A DNA stretch of 64,000 bases from Eledone cirrhosa. Taxonomy: Eukaryota. The position numbers and the translations under genes are program-made. Under the pieces are notes generated by a model. It was not told where the DNA came from and did not search any database. It saw only the letters and a list, made by a program, of their open reading frames with translations. This document shows positions 12,178 to 24,806 of the stretch, piece after piece. Every line of letters begins with the position of its first letter. The first letter of the stretch is position 1. The stretch is from the NCBI GenBank assembly GCA_964016885.1, contig OZ024741.1, positions 275,838,001-275,902,000 on the forward strand, read 5' to 3'.

Positions 12178-12792
12178 TTGAAGTGGTTGATAGCTTCTGC
12201 TATCTAGGTGACAATTAGCAATGGAGGAGGGTGCTCTAAGAGCATAACAGCTAGAATAAGAATAGGATGGAAGAGGCTTAGAGAGCTACTCCCACTGTTG
12301 ATAACAAAAGGTTTCTCACTACATACAAAAGGATAACCATATGATGCCTGTGTGTGAAGTGCAATGCTGCATGTTATTGAAACATGGGCTGTGACTGCAG
12401 AGGACATACTTAGACTGGAGAGAAATGAAGCAACCCATGCTTGGTTGGATGTGCAATGTAAGTCTGATAGAAAGACAGAGCTTAGATGAGTTGATGGAGA
12501 AGCTGGGTTTAAGAGGAATCCAAGGTGGTGTGCAGAAGAGAAGACTGCATTGGTATGGATATGTGATATGCATGGAAGATGATCGGTCGTTGAAGAAGTG
12601 CCGGGAAATCCCAGCGGAAGGAAGCTGCAGTAGAGGTAGACCGAGAAAGACCTGGGCAGAGGTTGTATGAGCTGACCACAAATCACTGAGATTTACAGAG
12701 GAGATGACAAAGGAATGTGACAAGTGGAAATATACCGTGCTGAGAAGGACCTGTCCAACCCATTCAAACGTACATAAAAATGATGATAATGA
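12178..12792 (+). mobile_element. RTE LINE 3' fragment (family B), decayed
   Basis: EVVDSFCYLGD...RRLHWYGYV...GRPRKTWAEVV and short (TGA)n tail. Confidence 0.85.
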
Positions 12793-13094
12793 TCATTATG
12801 GTTTACACACACACACACATATATAAAGTTTTTGGGCGTATTTAACAGAACAAATTTTGTATTTTTGTTAATCGCTTGTTAAATGCAAGGACCCCATTCA
12901 ATCATTACCTTCTTGCTAGCTATTTTCAAACCTTAATTCCTAACGTATTTTCAAACCTCAATCCCTAATTCTAGCGTATCTTCAAAACAAAAAAAAACAA
13001 AACAAAATCCTTTCCTTCTTCCTTCTTCGAAGGCACGGGGCGGTCAAACGCCTAACACACACAGCCATCATGTGGCCACCCCCCCCTCTCTCTC

Positions 13095-13182
<88 letters not shown>

Positions 13183-13502
13183 AAGAATTCACTTCGCCAA
13201 ATTTCATTGCTTGCTGTCTACCCACGATATTCATGTAAACGTAATGTACGGATTTCATTTCTCTCCCTCCACAAATCTTAATTCTAGCGTATTTTCAAAA
13301 CAATCCATATTTCGTATCAAGTCCAAATAGCCAATCTATCGCTAAAACAAACTACATTTTCTGTTTCTATTAATTGTTAAATACGAAAGTTTTTGGGCGT
13401 ATTTAACAGAACAAATTTTGTATTTTTGTTAATCGCTTGTTAAATGCAAGGACCCCATTCAATCATTACCTTCTTGCTAGCTACCCAACACCCCTCCCCC
13501 CA

Positions 13503-13598
13503 CCCCCACGCACCACCATTGCTATTACGTGGACCAATCATAAAACAGAGCCCCCACGCATCACCAGTATTATTACGCGGACCAATCAGAAACCAGAG
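13503..13598 (+). promoter_or_regulatory. 48-bp dimer, each unit with a CCAAT box, in the RTE 5' UTR (candidate internal promoter)
   Basis: CCCCCACGCA...ATTACG(T/C)GGACCAATCA...CAGAG twice; GACCAATCA fits the NF-Y consensus. Function is inferred. Confidence 0.4.
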
Positions 13599-13707
13599 GC
13601 CTATACTATCGCTTGCCTGGTTGCCTTTCGATATATGATGGATGGATGGACTGCGGAATCCTGGAGAGTGGAGGTGAGAGAGAGAAAAATCTGGACGCTC
13701 AGCGACA

Positions 13708-16700
13708 ATGCCAAAGATAAAGACAAATTCACCTCTTGGACGAGAATGCGAGCACTCCTCATTGTTTCGACCGCGGACGGCTAACATAACCCCATCGCCC
13801 CCCGCCCCCCACCGCCCCCAACCCCCAAACGCAATCCAAAACTTCAGAGTTGGTACCATAAATGTAGGCACCCTAAAGGGTCGCGCTAACGAGGTTGTAG
13901 AAATGCTTGAACGTAAGGAGGTCGATGTTTGTTGTATTCAAGAGACCAGGTGGAGGGGTGGGTCTGCTAGGTTCATTGAGGGTAAAAAACGATGTTATAA
14001 GCTTTTCTGGGTGGGAAACGACGATGGGCTGGGTGGAGTAGGAATCATGGTAGCAGAAAAGTGGGCAGATAAGATAATAGACGTAAATAGAGTGAACGAC
14101 AGAATAATTAAAATACGACTTGTCCTCAATAGAACTACGGTGACAGTAATATCTGCGTACGCACCCCAATCCGGACTGCCCGGCACTATAAAAGACAGAT
14201 TCTATGAGACACTGATGCTAACTACCTCCCAAATATCCGACAGTGACTATATAATTATCGCAGGCGACCTAAATGGTCACGTTGGACAACATTGTGACGG
14301 CTACGACGAAATCCATGGAGGCTATGGGTTTGGTACTAGAAATGAGGAAGGCTCCAGAATCCTGGAATTCTGTGATGCAAATAACCTAACTATCTGTAAC
14401 ACTAACTTCAAAAAACGTGACAATCACCTGATCACCTATAGATCCGGGGAACACACAAGCCAGGTAGATTATATCCTTACCAGAAGACGTGACAGAGTGT
14501 CTGTTGTAAACACTAAATCCCTCCCCCATGAAGAATGCACCTCCCAACATAGACTGATAATTAGCGACCTCATAGTCAGGACGAGACGTACTCGACAACA
14601 GAAGAGGACTATCCTCAGGAGGAAAATATGGAAGCTAAAGGACCCCACAGCCAGGAATAAATTTCAAAGCATATTACTTGATGCTTTCGACAGTAAGGAA
14701 GAACATTTAGAGTCGGACAATATAGAGGGAGAGTGGGAATTTCTGAAAGCAAACCTGCTGTTGGCGACAGACGAAGTCTGTGGCCAACAGCAGGTTTGCT
14801 TTCAGAAATTGTAGGCAGGAGGAGAGTAACATGGTGGTGGAACAGTAAGGTGGAGGGGTCAATTAAGGCCAAAAAGCAGGCTTGGAAAGTATGGCGGGAT
14901 GGGGGAAGTAGAGAGGACTATCAAGTGGCCAGGAGGGAAGCTAGGAGACAAGTGTACTTAGCAAGAAGGGAAGCTGAGGAAAGAAAGTTCAAGCATGTTC
15001 TACAACGCGATGACCAAAAACGTGAGGTGTTCAGGATTGCTAGGCAATGCGTCAAGGAAAACCGTGATATTGTCGGGGAGAAGTGTGTACTAAACGACGA
15101 TGGCACACTTGCCATCACCGACGCTGATAAGAAGGTAGCTTGGAAGTGTCACTATGAAAGGCTACTAAATGAGGAGAATAATTGGGAGAAAGGCAGTCTC
15201 ACCCATATCGACCCAATAGAGGGACCAGCAGTGTTAGTCGAGGGGAGTATAATAAGTAAGGCAATCAAGGATATGAAGACGGGTAAGGCGGCTGGGCCTT
15301 CGGAAATAGTTGCTGAGATGCTGAAGGCATCTGGCACGGTGGGACACACCATGGTCACCCGCATAGTTAACCAAGTCGTACAGAATGGGGTTGTTCCGAA
15401 GGACTGGCATAGCAGCATCATCGTTAACTGTTATAAGGGTAAAGGAGACGCCCTAGATAGGAGTAACTATAGAGGCATTAAATTAATCGACCAGGTCATG
15501 AAGGTCACGGAAAAAGTAATAGCGCAACTAATCAGAGAGAGAATTGACCTAGATGAAATGCAGTTCGGGTTTGTGTCAGGCAAAAGTACCACAGACGCTC
15601 TTTTCATAGTACGACAACTACAGGAGAAGTACCTAGCTAAAGGTAAACCCCTCTACTTAGCTTTTGTCGACTTGGAGAAAGCCTTCGACAGAGTCCCCCG
15701 CTCCATTATCTGGTGGGCTCTTAGAAAACTAGGCGTTGACGAATGGCTTGTGAGGGCTATACAAGCCATGTATAAAGAAACAGTCAGCAAGGTTAGAATT
15801 AACAACGAATATAGTGAAGAGTTTAGCGTAAAAGTTGGCGTCCATCAGGGCTCTGTTCTCAGCCCACTACTATTTATTATTGCCCTTCAGGCTATAACAG
15901 AGGAGTTCAAGACAGGCTGCCCATGGGAACTCCTATACGCAGACGACCTGACACTCATAGCGGAATCAATGGCCGAGCTAGAGAAGAAATTCCAAACATG
16001 GAAGCACGGCCTAGAGTCAAAAGGACTTAAAATTAACCTGGCTAAGACCAAAGTACTAGTTTGTAGGAAAGAAAACAAGGCGGCGGTCCCTTCTGGGAAA
16101 TGGTCGTGCTCGGTGTGTAGGAAAGGCGTAGGTAGAAACTCCATTTTATGTCCTAAATGCAAAGTATGGGTGCATAAAAGATGTAGTGGGATCACAGGTA
16201 AGCTAACTAAGAACATAGATTTTACATGTGGCCGGTGCTCTGGTGCAATAAGTAGCAGCAAGTGCCCACAAACTACTAGCTCTTTCAATTGCGCAGAGGG
16301 TTCTATAGAAATAGTGGACAGCTTCCGTTACCTGGGCGATAAAATCAGCAGTGGGGGAGGGTGCTCTGAAAGTACTGTAGCTAGAGTCAGAACTGGTTGG
16401 AAAAAGTTCAGAGAGCTTATACCACTATTAGCTGCTAAAGGGTTCTCACTAAAAATGAAAGGCAGGTTGTACGATGCCTGCATACGAACAGCAATGCTGC
16501 ATGGCAGTGAGACCTGGGCATTGTGTGCAGAGGATATACGCAGACTAGAGAGGAACGAAGCTTGCATGCTCCGCTGGATGTGTAACAGTAATATACGTGA
16601 ACGGCAAAGCATAAACGAACTAAGGAAAAAATTAGAGATAAGAGGGATCAGATGTTGTTTACTCGAGAGAAGGCTACGTTGGTATGGACACGTGATGCGC

Positions 16701-16892
16701 ATGAAAGTCGATAGCTGTATAACAAAGTGCAGGGCAATAAAGATAGACGGTAGTCACGGAATAGGCAGACCTAGAAAAACCTGGGACGAGCTGATAAACT
16801 CCGACATCACACACTTACACCTCTCCAAGACAATGTCACTGGACCGAGACCTTTGGCGGTACTCAGTAACAGAGAAGACCCGCCTTACCTAA
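13708..16892 (+). pseudogene. RTE APE endonuclease + reverse transcriptase with embedded Cys/His finger, one frameshift
   Basis: APE motifs GTINVGTL, CIQETRW, SAYAPQ, AGDLNGHVG, QVDYIL, SQHRLI; RT motifs NYRGIKL, QFGF, DLEKAFD, GVHQGSVLSP, LYADD. Frame break at the 14738-14810 hairpin. Confidence 0.93.
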
Positions 16893-17599
16893 ATATATAG
16901 TAAAACCTACTCCAGCCAGTAGGCATCTCTAACAAAATACACCCCGTCCCACCACCCCCACCCCCACCCCATCCACACCACCCCGTTCTATGTAAAGCTA
17001 TGTTGGTGCCGCGCCATCGAGGCCGAAACAAATGAGATCGTGTAGGTGTCACGACAAAAAAACACACAGTCCACGCTGTAATGTGGCCGTGTAGGCAACA
17101 CGGTAAAAACCTCCCAGACCCACACTGTAAATGTGGTTGGTGTTAGGAAGGGCATCCAACTGTAGAAAACCTGCCAGACAGTCCTATGCGAGCAAGACAA
17201 TCACTCTTGCCTCAAGTGGGACTACCCCCGTCCAAACCCATGCAAGCGTGGAACACGGACGTTAAACGTTGATGATGATGATGATGATGATGACATACAT
17301 ATATAACTGTTGTTATACAAAGCCACATTGAAATATATCTAGATTCTAAATTACCACACTATCAATGTGATTCTATTCCAGTATTCTGTGGCTTGAAAAG
17401 GTCTATTGTGTGAAGTGACTTTATTTAATACTTTAGATAATTGGATTCAGAATATTGCAATCAACTAAAACACATCACAAATGTTTCATTACAAATCTCA
17501 ATTAAAACTCTATTATCACTACATCACTGAGCACAGCTGTGTGTGCCTTGGGTATTGTATTGAGAGTACTATGTGAGTAATCTGTGTGGTGTCTACTAT

Positions 17600-18281
<682 letters not shown>

Positions 18282-18429
18282 TTATATCTTTAGGGTACAA
18301 ATTGTGTGTTAGGGATCAAAATAATAAAGTTTAACACTGGAAATGTTGGACATTAGAGTAGAATTCATTTAGAATTAAAACTTTTAAAGATTAGATGCAG
18401 GCATAACAAGTGTCTTAATATGATTAAGA

Positions 18430-19080
18430 CACTTGACCACCAGAATTGGTCAAGAATGGAGTGCAGTAAATTCACTATAAAAAGTCTGGAAAGCTCCCAT
18501 CCCAAGATATATGAAGTGTGAAGTCTACATAGCTATAGTCAAAGCCATATTACTATATGGTTCAGAATCCTGGACTCTCAGTGTCACTCACTCAAGGAGA
18601 CTTGATGGGTCTTACACCAAGATGTTATATGTGGTGTTCAACATTTTGTGCCAAAGTAACACTACCAACAAAGTTCTTTATGGTGACTGCCACATGTTTC
18701 ATCGAAAGTTTGATCCTGTCGCTTTTGCTCTTGCTGGTCATGTTTCCCACCATAATGAACCTGCAGGTAAACAGCTTCTCTGGTTACCAGATGCAAAGTA
18801 CCGAATAGGACGTCCAAACACAACCACCAAGACTGTTGACAAGAGACACTGGCCTCACTGAAAGGGATCTTCTTGCTGCTATGAGAGATTGGGGAGTTTG
18901 CTCTGGTCACCAGATACAAAGTACCGAGTAGGACATCCAAACATAACCATCAAGACTCTGTTGGTGACAGACACTGGTCCCACTGGAGGGGATCTTCTTG
19001 CTGCAATGAGAGATTGGGAAGTCTGGAACAGGAACTTTGTGCATGCTTCACCTTCAATGGAAGGATGACTTAAAAAGAAG
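18430..19080 (+). mobile_element. Old RTE-like LINE 3' fragment with internal duplication of about 120 bp
   Basis: ILLYGSESWTL...LDGSYTKML...LAGHV...GRP; 18778-18900 repeated at 18901-19025. Confidence 0.75.
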
Positions 19081-19344
19081 ACACTTGCTTTTCAGTCACA
19101 TGGTTCTAATTCCACTGCATGGTAGCTTAGGAAAGTGTTTTCTACCATAGACTTTGGTTGACAAATGCATTCTTGTGGAAATTTCTGGAGAGAAACTGCA
19201 AGGAATCTAACATGTCATGTGTGTTTGTGTAAGAGTGTGTGTGTAGGGTACATATAGCTGTAGTAGTGTCAAGCTAGCAAGGAAGCAAGACATTATATGG
19301 ATGCATGTAGATGTAGACTTCCACCCTAACACTAGTTAGTCAAA

Positions 19345-20540
19345 ACAATAGTGGTCAACAACTGGCTGTACTGTAGCTACTTAATAGCTATGTAACAGTA
19401 GTGGTCAACAACTGGCTGTACTGTAGCTACTTAATAGCTATGTAACAGTAGTGGTCAACAACTGGCTGTACTGTAGCTACTTAATAGCTATGTAACAGTA
19501 GTGGTCAACAACTGGCTGTACTGTAGCTACTTAATAGCTATGTAACAGTAGTGGTCAACAACTGGCTGTACTGTAGCTACTTAATAGCTATGTAACAGTA
19601 GTGGTCAACAACTGGCTGTACTGTAGCTACTTAATAGCTATGTAACAGTAGTGGTCAACAACTGGCTGTACTGTAGCTACTTAATAGCTATGTAACAGTA
19701 GTGGTCAACAACTCGCTGTACTGTAGCTACTTAATAGCTATGTAACAGTAGTGGTCAACAACTCGCTGTACTGTAGCTACTTAATAGCTATGTAACAGTA
19801 GTGGTCAACAACTGGCTGTACTGTAGCTACTTAATAGCTATGTAACAGTTGTGGTCAACAGCTGGCTGTACTGTAGCTACTTAATAGCTATGTAACAGTA
19901 GTGGTCAACAGCTGGCTGTACTGTAGCTACTTAATAGCTATGTAACAGTTGTGGTCAACAACTGGCTGTACTGTAGCTACTTAATAGCTATGTAACAGTA
20001 GTGGTCAACAACTGGCTGTACTGTAGCTACTTAATAGTTATGTAACAGTAGTGGTCAACAACTGGCTGTACTGTAGCTACTTAATAGCTATGTAACAGTT
20101 GTGGTCAACAACTGGCTGTACTGTAGCTACTTAATAGCTATGTAACAGTTGTGGTCAACAACTGGCTGTACTGTAGCTACTTAATAGTTATGTAACAGTA
20201 GTGGTCAACAACTGGCTGTACTGTAGCTACTTAATAGCTATGTAACAGTTGTGGTCAACAACTGGCTGTACTGTAGCTACTTAATAGCTATGTAACAGTT
20301 GTGGTCAACAACTGGCTGTACTGTAGCTACTTAATAGTTATGTAACAGTAGTGGTCAACAACTGGCTGTACTGTAGCTACTTAATAGCTATGTAACAGTT
20401 GTGGTCAACAACTGGCTGTACTGTAGCTACTTAATAGCTATGTAACAGTTGTGGTCAACAACTGGCTGTACTGTAGCTACTTAATAGTTATGTAACAGTA
20501 GTGGTCAACAACTGGCTGTACTGTAGCTACTTAATAGCTA
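19345..20540. repeat. Homogeneous 50-bp satellite, about 24 copies
   Basis: Unit GTGGTCAACAACTGGCTGTACTGTAGCTACTTAATAGCTATGTAACAGTA with few variants. Confidence 0.97.
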
Positions 20541-20634
20541 TACAAATGCTATTTTCATAATAAAACCAAAAAAGTTAAGCCAAGATATAAAAAAAAATTT
20601 GATATACGATAAACATAACATATACATCAACATC

Positions 20635-20676
<42 letters not shown>

Positions 20677-20914
20677 TCTAGGGTGCCAAGACAGGAGAGA
20701 CCACAAATAGCAGTACTGTATCCATGGGAAAGAGAAGAGTGGGTATAAACCAGATTGCAATGCCTAGTAGTTCTGGTTTGTATGTAGCAAGCCTTCTCAA
20801 GGGTACATAGATAAGACGTCACACTCTTTAATATGTCAATGGCAATGAGTATTCTCTATACTGATATCAATGACTGAGTATTGTATCATATATGCTTCTG
20901 AATGACAAGTCAGT

Positions 20915-21506
20915 CAATCATATTGGTGGCCTCCCCACAGCCCCAGCGGACAGAATAGAGAAGGCGTTTCCCCGAAGGATTACAAGGGAGACGTGCTGGA
21001 AAAGCCATTCCAGCTCGCGAGGCTCACACCTGCGGCTGGTCAGCTCAGTGCCTATGGTGGTCAGTAGCCCTAGGGCCTAGGACAGCAGAAGTCTCCACTG
21101 CCAAGGGTACAACCGCAAACTTGTCGGAGAGCGACTGGTACTTGAAGAGTTTGGCCTCCTCAGCCCGATGTGCAGCAGAACCTGGGTTAGTCGCAGACTG
21201 CACCAGGTTGCGGCTGCAGAAAGTGTCGGTGCAAGTGGCATCCCAGATGAGTGGTTTGCCACTGCAGAACAGGAAGATGGTTATGCCATCTGGCCTTTTG
21301 CCGTCGCCTCCGTCCAGCTGGGAAAGGAAGCCTGCATCGTCCAAGCCATGCTTTATGACCTCGTTGAGGGCAGCATGGCGTGGAAGGCGGCTGGCACTGT
21401 GGCGACAGGAAAGCGGGTGGAGGCCAAAAGAGTCCACGGTGGATCATCAGCGAAATTGGTGTGGCTCACAGAGCCGGAGGGCAAGGCATGGAGCCAGGCA
21501 CACTGG
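20915..21506 (-). mobile_element. CRE-clade non-LTR retrotransposon C-terminal fragment (restriction-like endonuclease)
   Basis: HPLSC...RHAALN...DGKRPDG...WDATCTDT...AEEAKLFKY...PLAVET, then after a frameshift HVSLVILRGNAFSIL. Confidence 0.75.
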
Positions 21507-21695
21507 CTTAATAGCTAGCTAGCAATAGTGGTCAACAACTGGCTGTACTGTAGCTACTTAATAGCTAGCTAGCAATAGTGGTCAACAGCTCGCTGTACTG
21601 TAGCTACTTAATAGCTAGCTAGCAGTGGTGGTCAACAGCTGGCTGTATTGTAACTACTTAATAGCTAGCTAGCAGTAGTGGTCAACAACTGGTTC
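21507..21695. repeat. Continuation of the 50-bp satellite (about 4 variant units)
   Basis: TTAATAGCTAGCTAGCAATAGTGGTCAACAACTGGCTGTACTGTAGCTAC. Confidence 0.9.
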
Positions 21696-22787
21696 AACAA
21701 TGATCCTAGATTGGATTGGTTTCAACCATTTCTTGTCTAGCAGCTCCAAGAAAGGATGCGTAGTTCTTGCTAATTTCCATTCTTTCTACACTCCTCTGCT
21801 GCCCTATGTCTATCACCCATGCCTTGTTCCCATAAATCATGGCACCTCTCACACATGCAGCATGCATCTTTCACCTATATTCTCTCCATCCTTATCTCCT
21901 GCCCTATGTTCATCAGTCATGCCTTGTTCCCATAAATCATGGCACCTCACAACTTCCTTGAATTTCAGTGACGCCGACCCCTCCCTCTCCCTTTGCATTA
22001 GTGACGTATGTTGTGAAGATAAATGGAATGAGATGGCTGGGTCTTGTGTTGAGGAAAGATTAAAGGGTGAGAGGAGTGATGGAAATGATTGTGGAACAAA
22101 ATAGAGGAAGGGGAAGACCAAAAAAGACATAGCTAAAAATGATGGATGAGGGGATGAGAGCCAGAGGGTTGGGGAAGTGGGGATACAAAAGATAAGGAAA
22201 AATAGAGAAACTTGTCGTGAAGCCTGCAAGGCTAACCTTTATTTCAGCAGGAAAATGGTCTTAAAATGCTTGTTGTTAAGAACTACCTTGTCTAACATGG
22301 CTCTCTTTAAGATAATAGAGCATGATTTGGCTGCTACTACTAGCATTTAGGGTTACCAAGGAGAGGTTGCCTCAAGTGCTGGTTGTTTTGAGTGGATATG
22401 GGTCAGATTTTAGAGTCATTTTATGGTGGGAAGATTTCCACAGATGGTGGTGGTAGTCGTGAGTGGATATGGCACAGATTTTAGTCATATTATGGTAAGG
22501 AGGTTGCCTCGGGTGGTAGTGGTGGTCGTGGGTGGTTGGATATTGTGCAGAGGTTGCCTCAGGTGGTGGTGTGTGGGTTGGTTATGGGGTAGATGTCACT
22601 GACATATTTTGGTGTCCAAAGTTTGATATTTGACAATTGTAAGTTCAAATCTAGCCAAGTTGGACTTTGTCTTCTATTTCTTGAGGGGAAGAAGAGGGAA
22701 AGAGGAAATAAAGATTATTGAGGTTGAATTACTGCCTCATGTATTTCTTATGCCAAGGTCAAATGACATGATTACACACGAACATAA

Positions 22788-22819
<32 letters not shown>

Positions 22820-22824
<5 letters not shown>

Positions 22825-23016
22825 GATGGATTCGGTTTGAAACTAAAACCATTACTCACCAGAGTACTCAATACTTGGGTAGTAGAGTATGGTTATATCA
22901 TAAAGAGTTTGGACCACAACAGCTGAGCTCTTGCCATTTCAACAGCTAGTTCCAGATTCACTGTCTGGAACTAGCCATTGAAATGGCAAGAGCTCACTTG
23001 TTGGGATCCTGACTCT

Positions 23017-23025
<9 letters not shown>
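22820..23025. mobile_element. Penelope-like terminal repeat remnant with head-to-head palindrome (about 22895-23025)
   Basis: TGAGCTCTTGCCATTTCAA...TTGAAATGGCAAGAGCTCA; arms resemble 59770-59815 and the flank resembles 59825-59870. Confidence 0.6.
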
Positions 23026-23050
<25 letters not shown>

Positions 23051-23052
<2 letters not shown>

Positions 23053-24665
23053 TACCTAGCTAAAGGTAAACCCCTCTACTTAGCTTTTGTCGACTTGGAG
23101 AAAGCCTTCGACAGAGTCCCCGCTCCATTATCTGGTGGGCTCTTAGAAAACTAGGCATTGACGAATGGCTTGTGAGGGCTATACAAGCCATGTATAAAGA
23201 AACAGTCAGCAAGGTTAGAATTAACAACGAATATAGTGAAGAGTTTAGCGTAAAAGTTGGCGTCCATCAGGGCTCTGTTCTCAGCCCCCTACTATTTATT
23301 ATTGCCCTTCAGGCTATAACAGAGGAGTTCAAGACCGGCTGCCCATGGGAACTCCTATACGCAGACGACCTGACACTCATAGCGGAATCAATGGCCGAGC
23401 TAGAGAAGAAATTCCAAACATGGAAGCACGGCCTAGAGTCTAAAGCCTAAGACTAAAGTTCTAGTTTGTAGGAAAGAAAACAAGGCGGCGGTCCCTTCTG
23501 GGAAATGGTCGTGCTCGGTGTGTAGGAAAGGCGTAGGTAGAAACTCCATTTTATGTCCTAAATGCAAAGTATGGGTGCATAAAAGATGTAGTGGGATCAC
23601 AGGTAAGCTAACTAAGAACATAGATTTTACATGTGGCCGGTGTTCTGGTGCAATAAGTAGCAGCAAGTGCCCACAAAATACTAGCTCTTTCAATTGCGCA
23701 GAGGGTTCTATAGAAATAGTGGACAGCTTCCGTTACCTGGGCGATAAAATCAGCAGTGGGGGAGGGTGCTCTGAAAGTACTGTAGCTAGAGTCAGAACTG
23801 GTTGGAAAAAGTTCAGAGAGCTTATACCACTATTAGCTGCTAAAGGGTTCTCCCTAAAAATGAAAGGCAGGTTGTACGATGCCTGCATACGAACAGCAAT
23901 GTTGCATGGCAGTGAGACCTGGGCATTGTGTGCAGAGGATATACGCAGACTAGAGAGGAACGAAGCTTGCATGCTCCGCTGGATGTGTAACAGTAATATA
24001 CGTGAACGGCAAAGCATAAACGAACTAAGGAAAAAATTAGAAATAAGAGGGATCAGATGTTGTTTACTCGAGAGAAGGCTACGTTGGTATGGACACGTGA
24101 TGCGCATGAAAGTCGATAGCTGTATAACAAAGTGCAGGGCAATAAAGATAGACGGTAGCCACGGAATAGGCAGACCTAGAAAAACCTGGGACGAGCTGAT
24201 AAACTCCGACCTCACACACTTACACCTCTCCAAGACAATGTCACTGGACCGAGACCTTTGGCGGTACTCAGTAACAGAGAAGACCCGCCTTGCCAGTAGG
24301 CATCTCTAACAAAATACACCCCGTCCCGCCACCACCCCCACCCCATCCACACCACCCCGTTCTATGTAAAGTTATGTTGGTGCCGCGCCATCCAGGCCGA
24401 AACAAATGAGATCGTGTAGGTGTCACGACAAAAAAACACACAGTCCACGCTGTAATGTGGCCGTGTAGGCAACACGGTAAAAACCTCCCAGACCCACACT
24501 GTAAATGTGGTTGGTGTTAGGAAGGGCATCCAACTGTAGAAAACCTGCCAGACAGTCCTATGCGAGCAAGACAATCACTCTTGCCTCAAGTGGGACTACC
24601 CCCGTCCAAACCCATGCAAGCGTGGAACACGGACGTTAAATGTTGATGATGATGATGATGATGAT
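23051..24665 (+). mobile_element. 5'-truncated young RTE family A copy
   Basis: Nearly identical to 15627-17292; 1-nt deletion near 23120 and a short deletion near 23445; preceded by (TA)n; (GAT)n tail. Confidence 0.95.
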
Positions 24666-24743
24666 ATAGAATATATATATATAGAATATATATATATATA
24701 GAGAGAGAGAGAATATATATATATAGAATGATAAAACCATATT

Positions 24744-24806
24744 TATTTTATTATATATATTTCAAGGGTACCAAAAGACTTTGGTATGCTTTCTTCAGAT
24801 AAAATA
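24744..24806 (-). ncRNA. Hammerhead ribozyme motif (TA-stem III family)
   Basis: TATTTTAT-CTGAAGA-AAGCATACCAAAG..TTTTGGTACCCTT-GAAA-TATATA-TA-ATAAAATA; 8-bp stem I. Confidence 0.65.

Larger units (their letters stand above)
12825..17292 (+). mobile_element. Near full-length RTE-clade LINE (family A)
   Basis: 5' UTR with internal repeats, APE-RT coding region, 3' UTR and (GAT)n tail; candidate TSD ACACACATATATAA (12813-12826) / ACATACATATATAA (17293-17306), low complexity. Confidence 0.93.

Noticed and set aside
8572-12792. RTE fragments 8572-9260 and 12178-12792 as one element split by the array
   Set aside because: They overlap by about 45 nt and the conserved TEX261 exon 3 lies between them, so they are separate insertions.
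14733-14814. Programmed -1 ribosomal frameshift between the two RTE ORFs
   Set aside because: No slippery heptamer upstream; RTE-like protein continues in the first frame through the left arm, so the shift occurs inside the duplicated segment. RTEs normally have one ORF.
19345-20540. Regular 50-bp array as CRISPR or structured RNA gene cluster
   Set aside because: Head-to-tail units with no unique spacers and no recognisable RNA gene motif.
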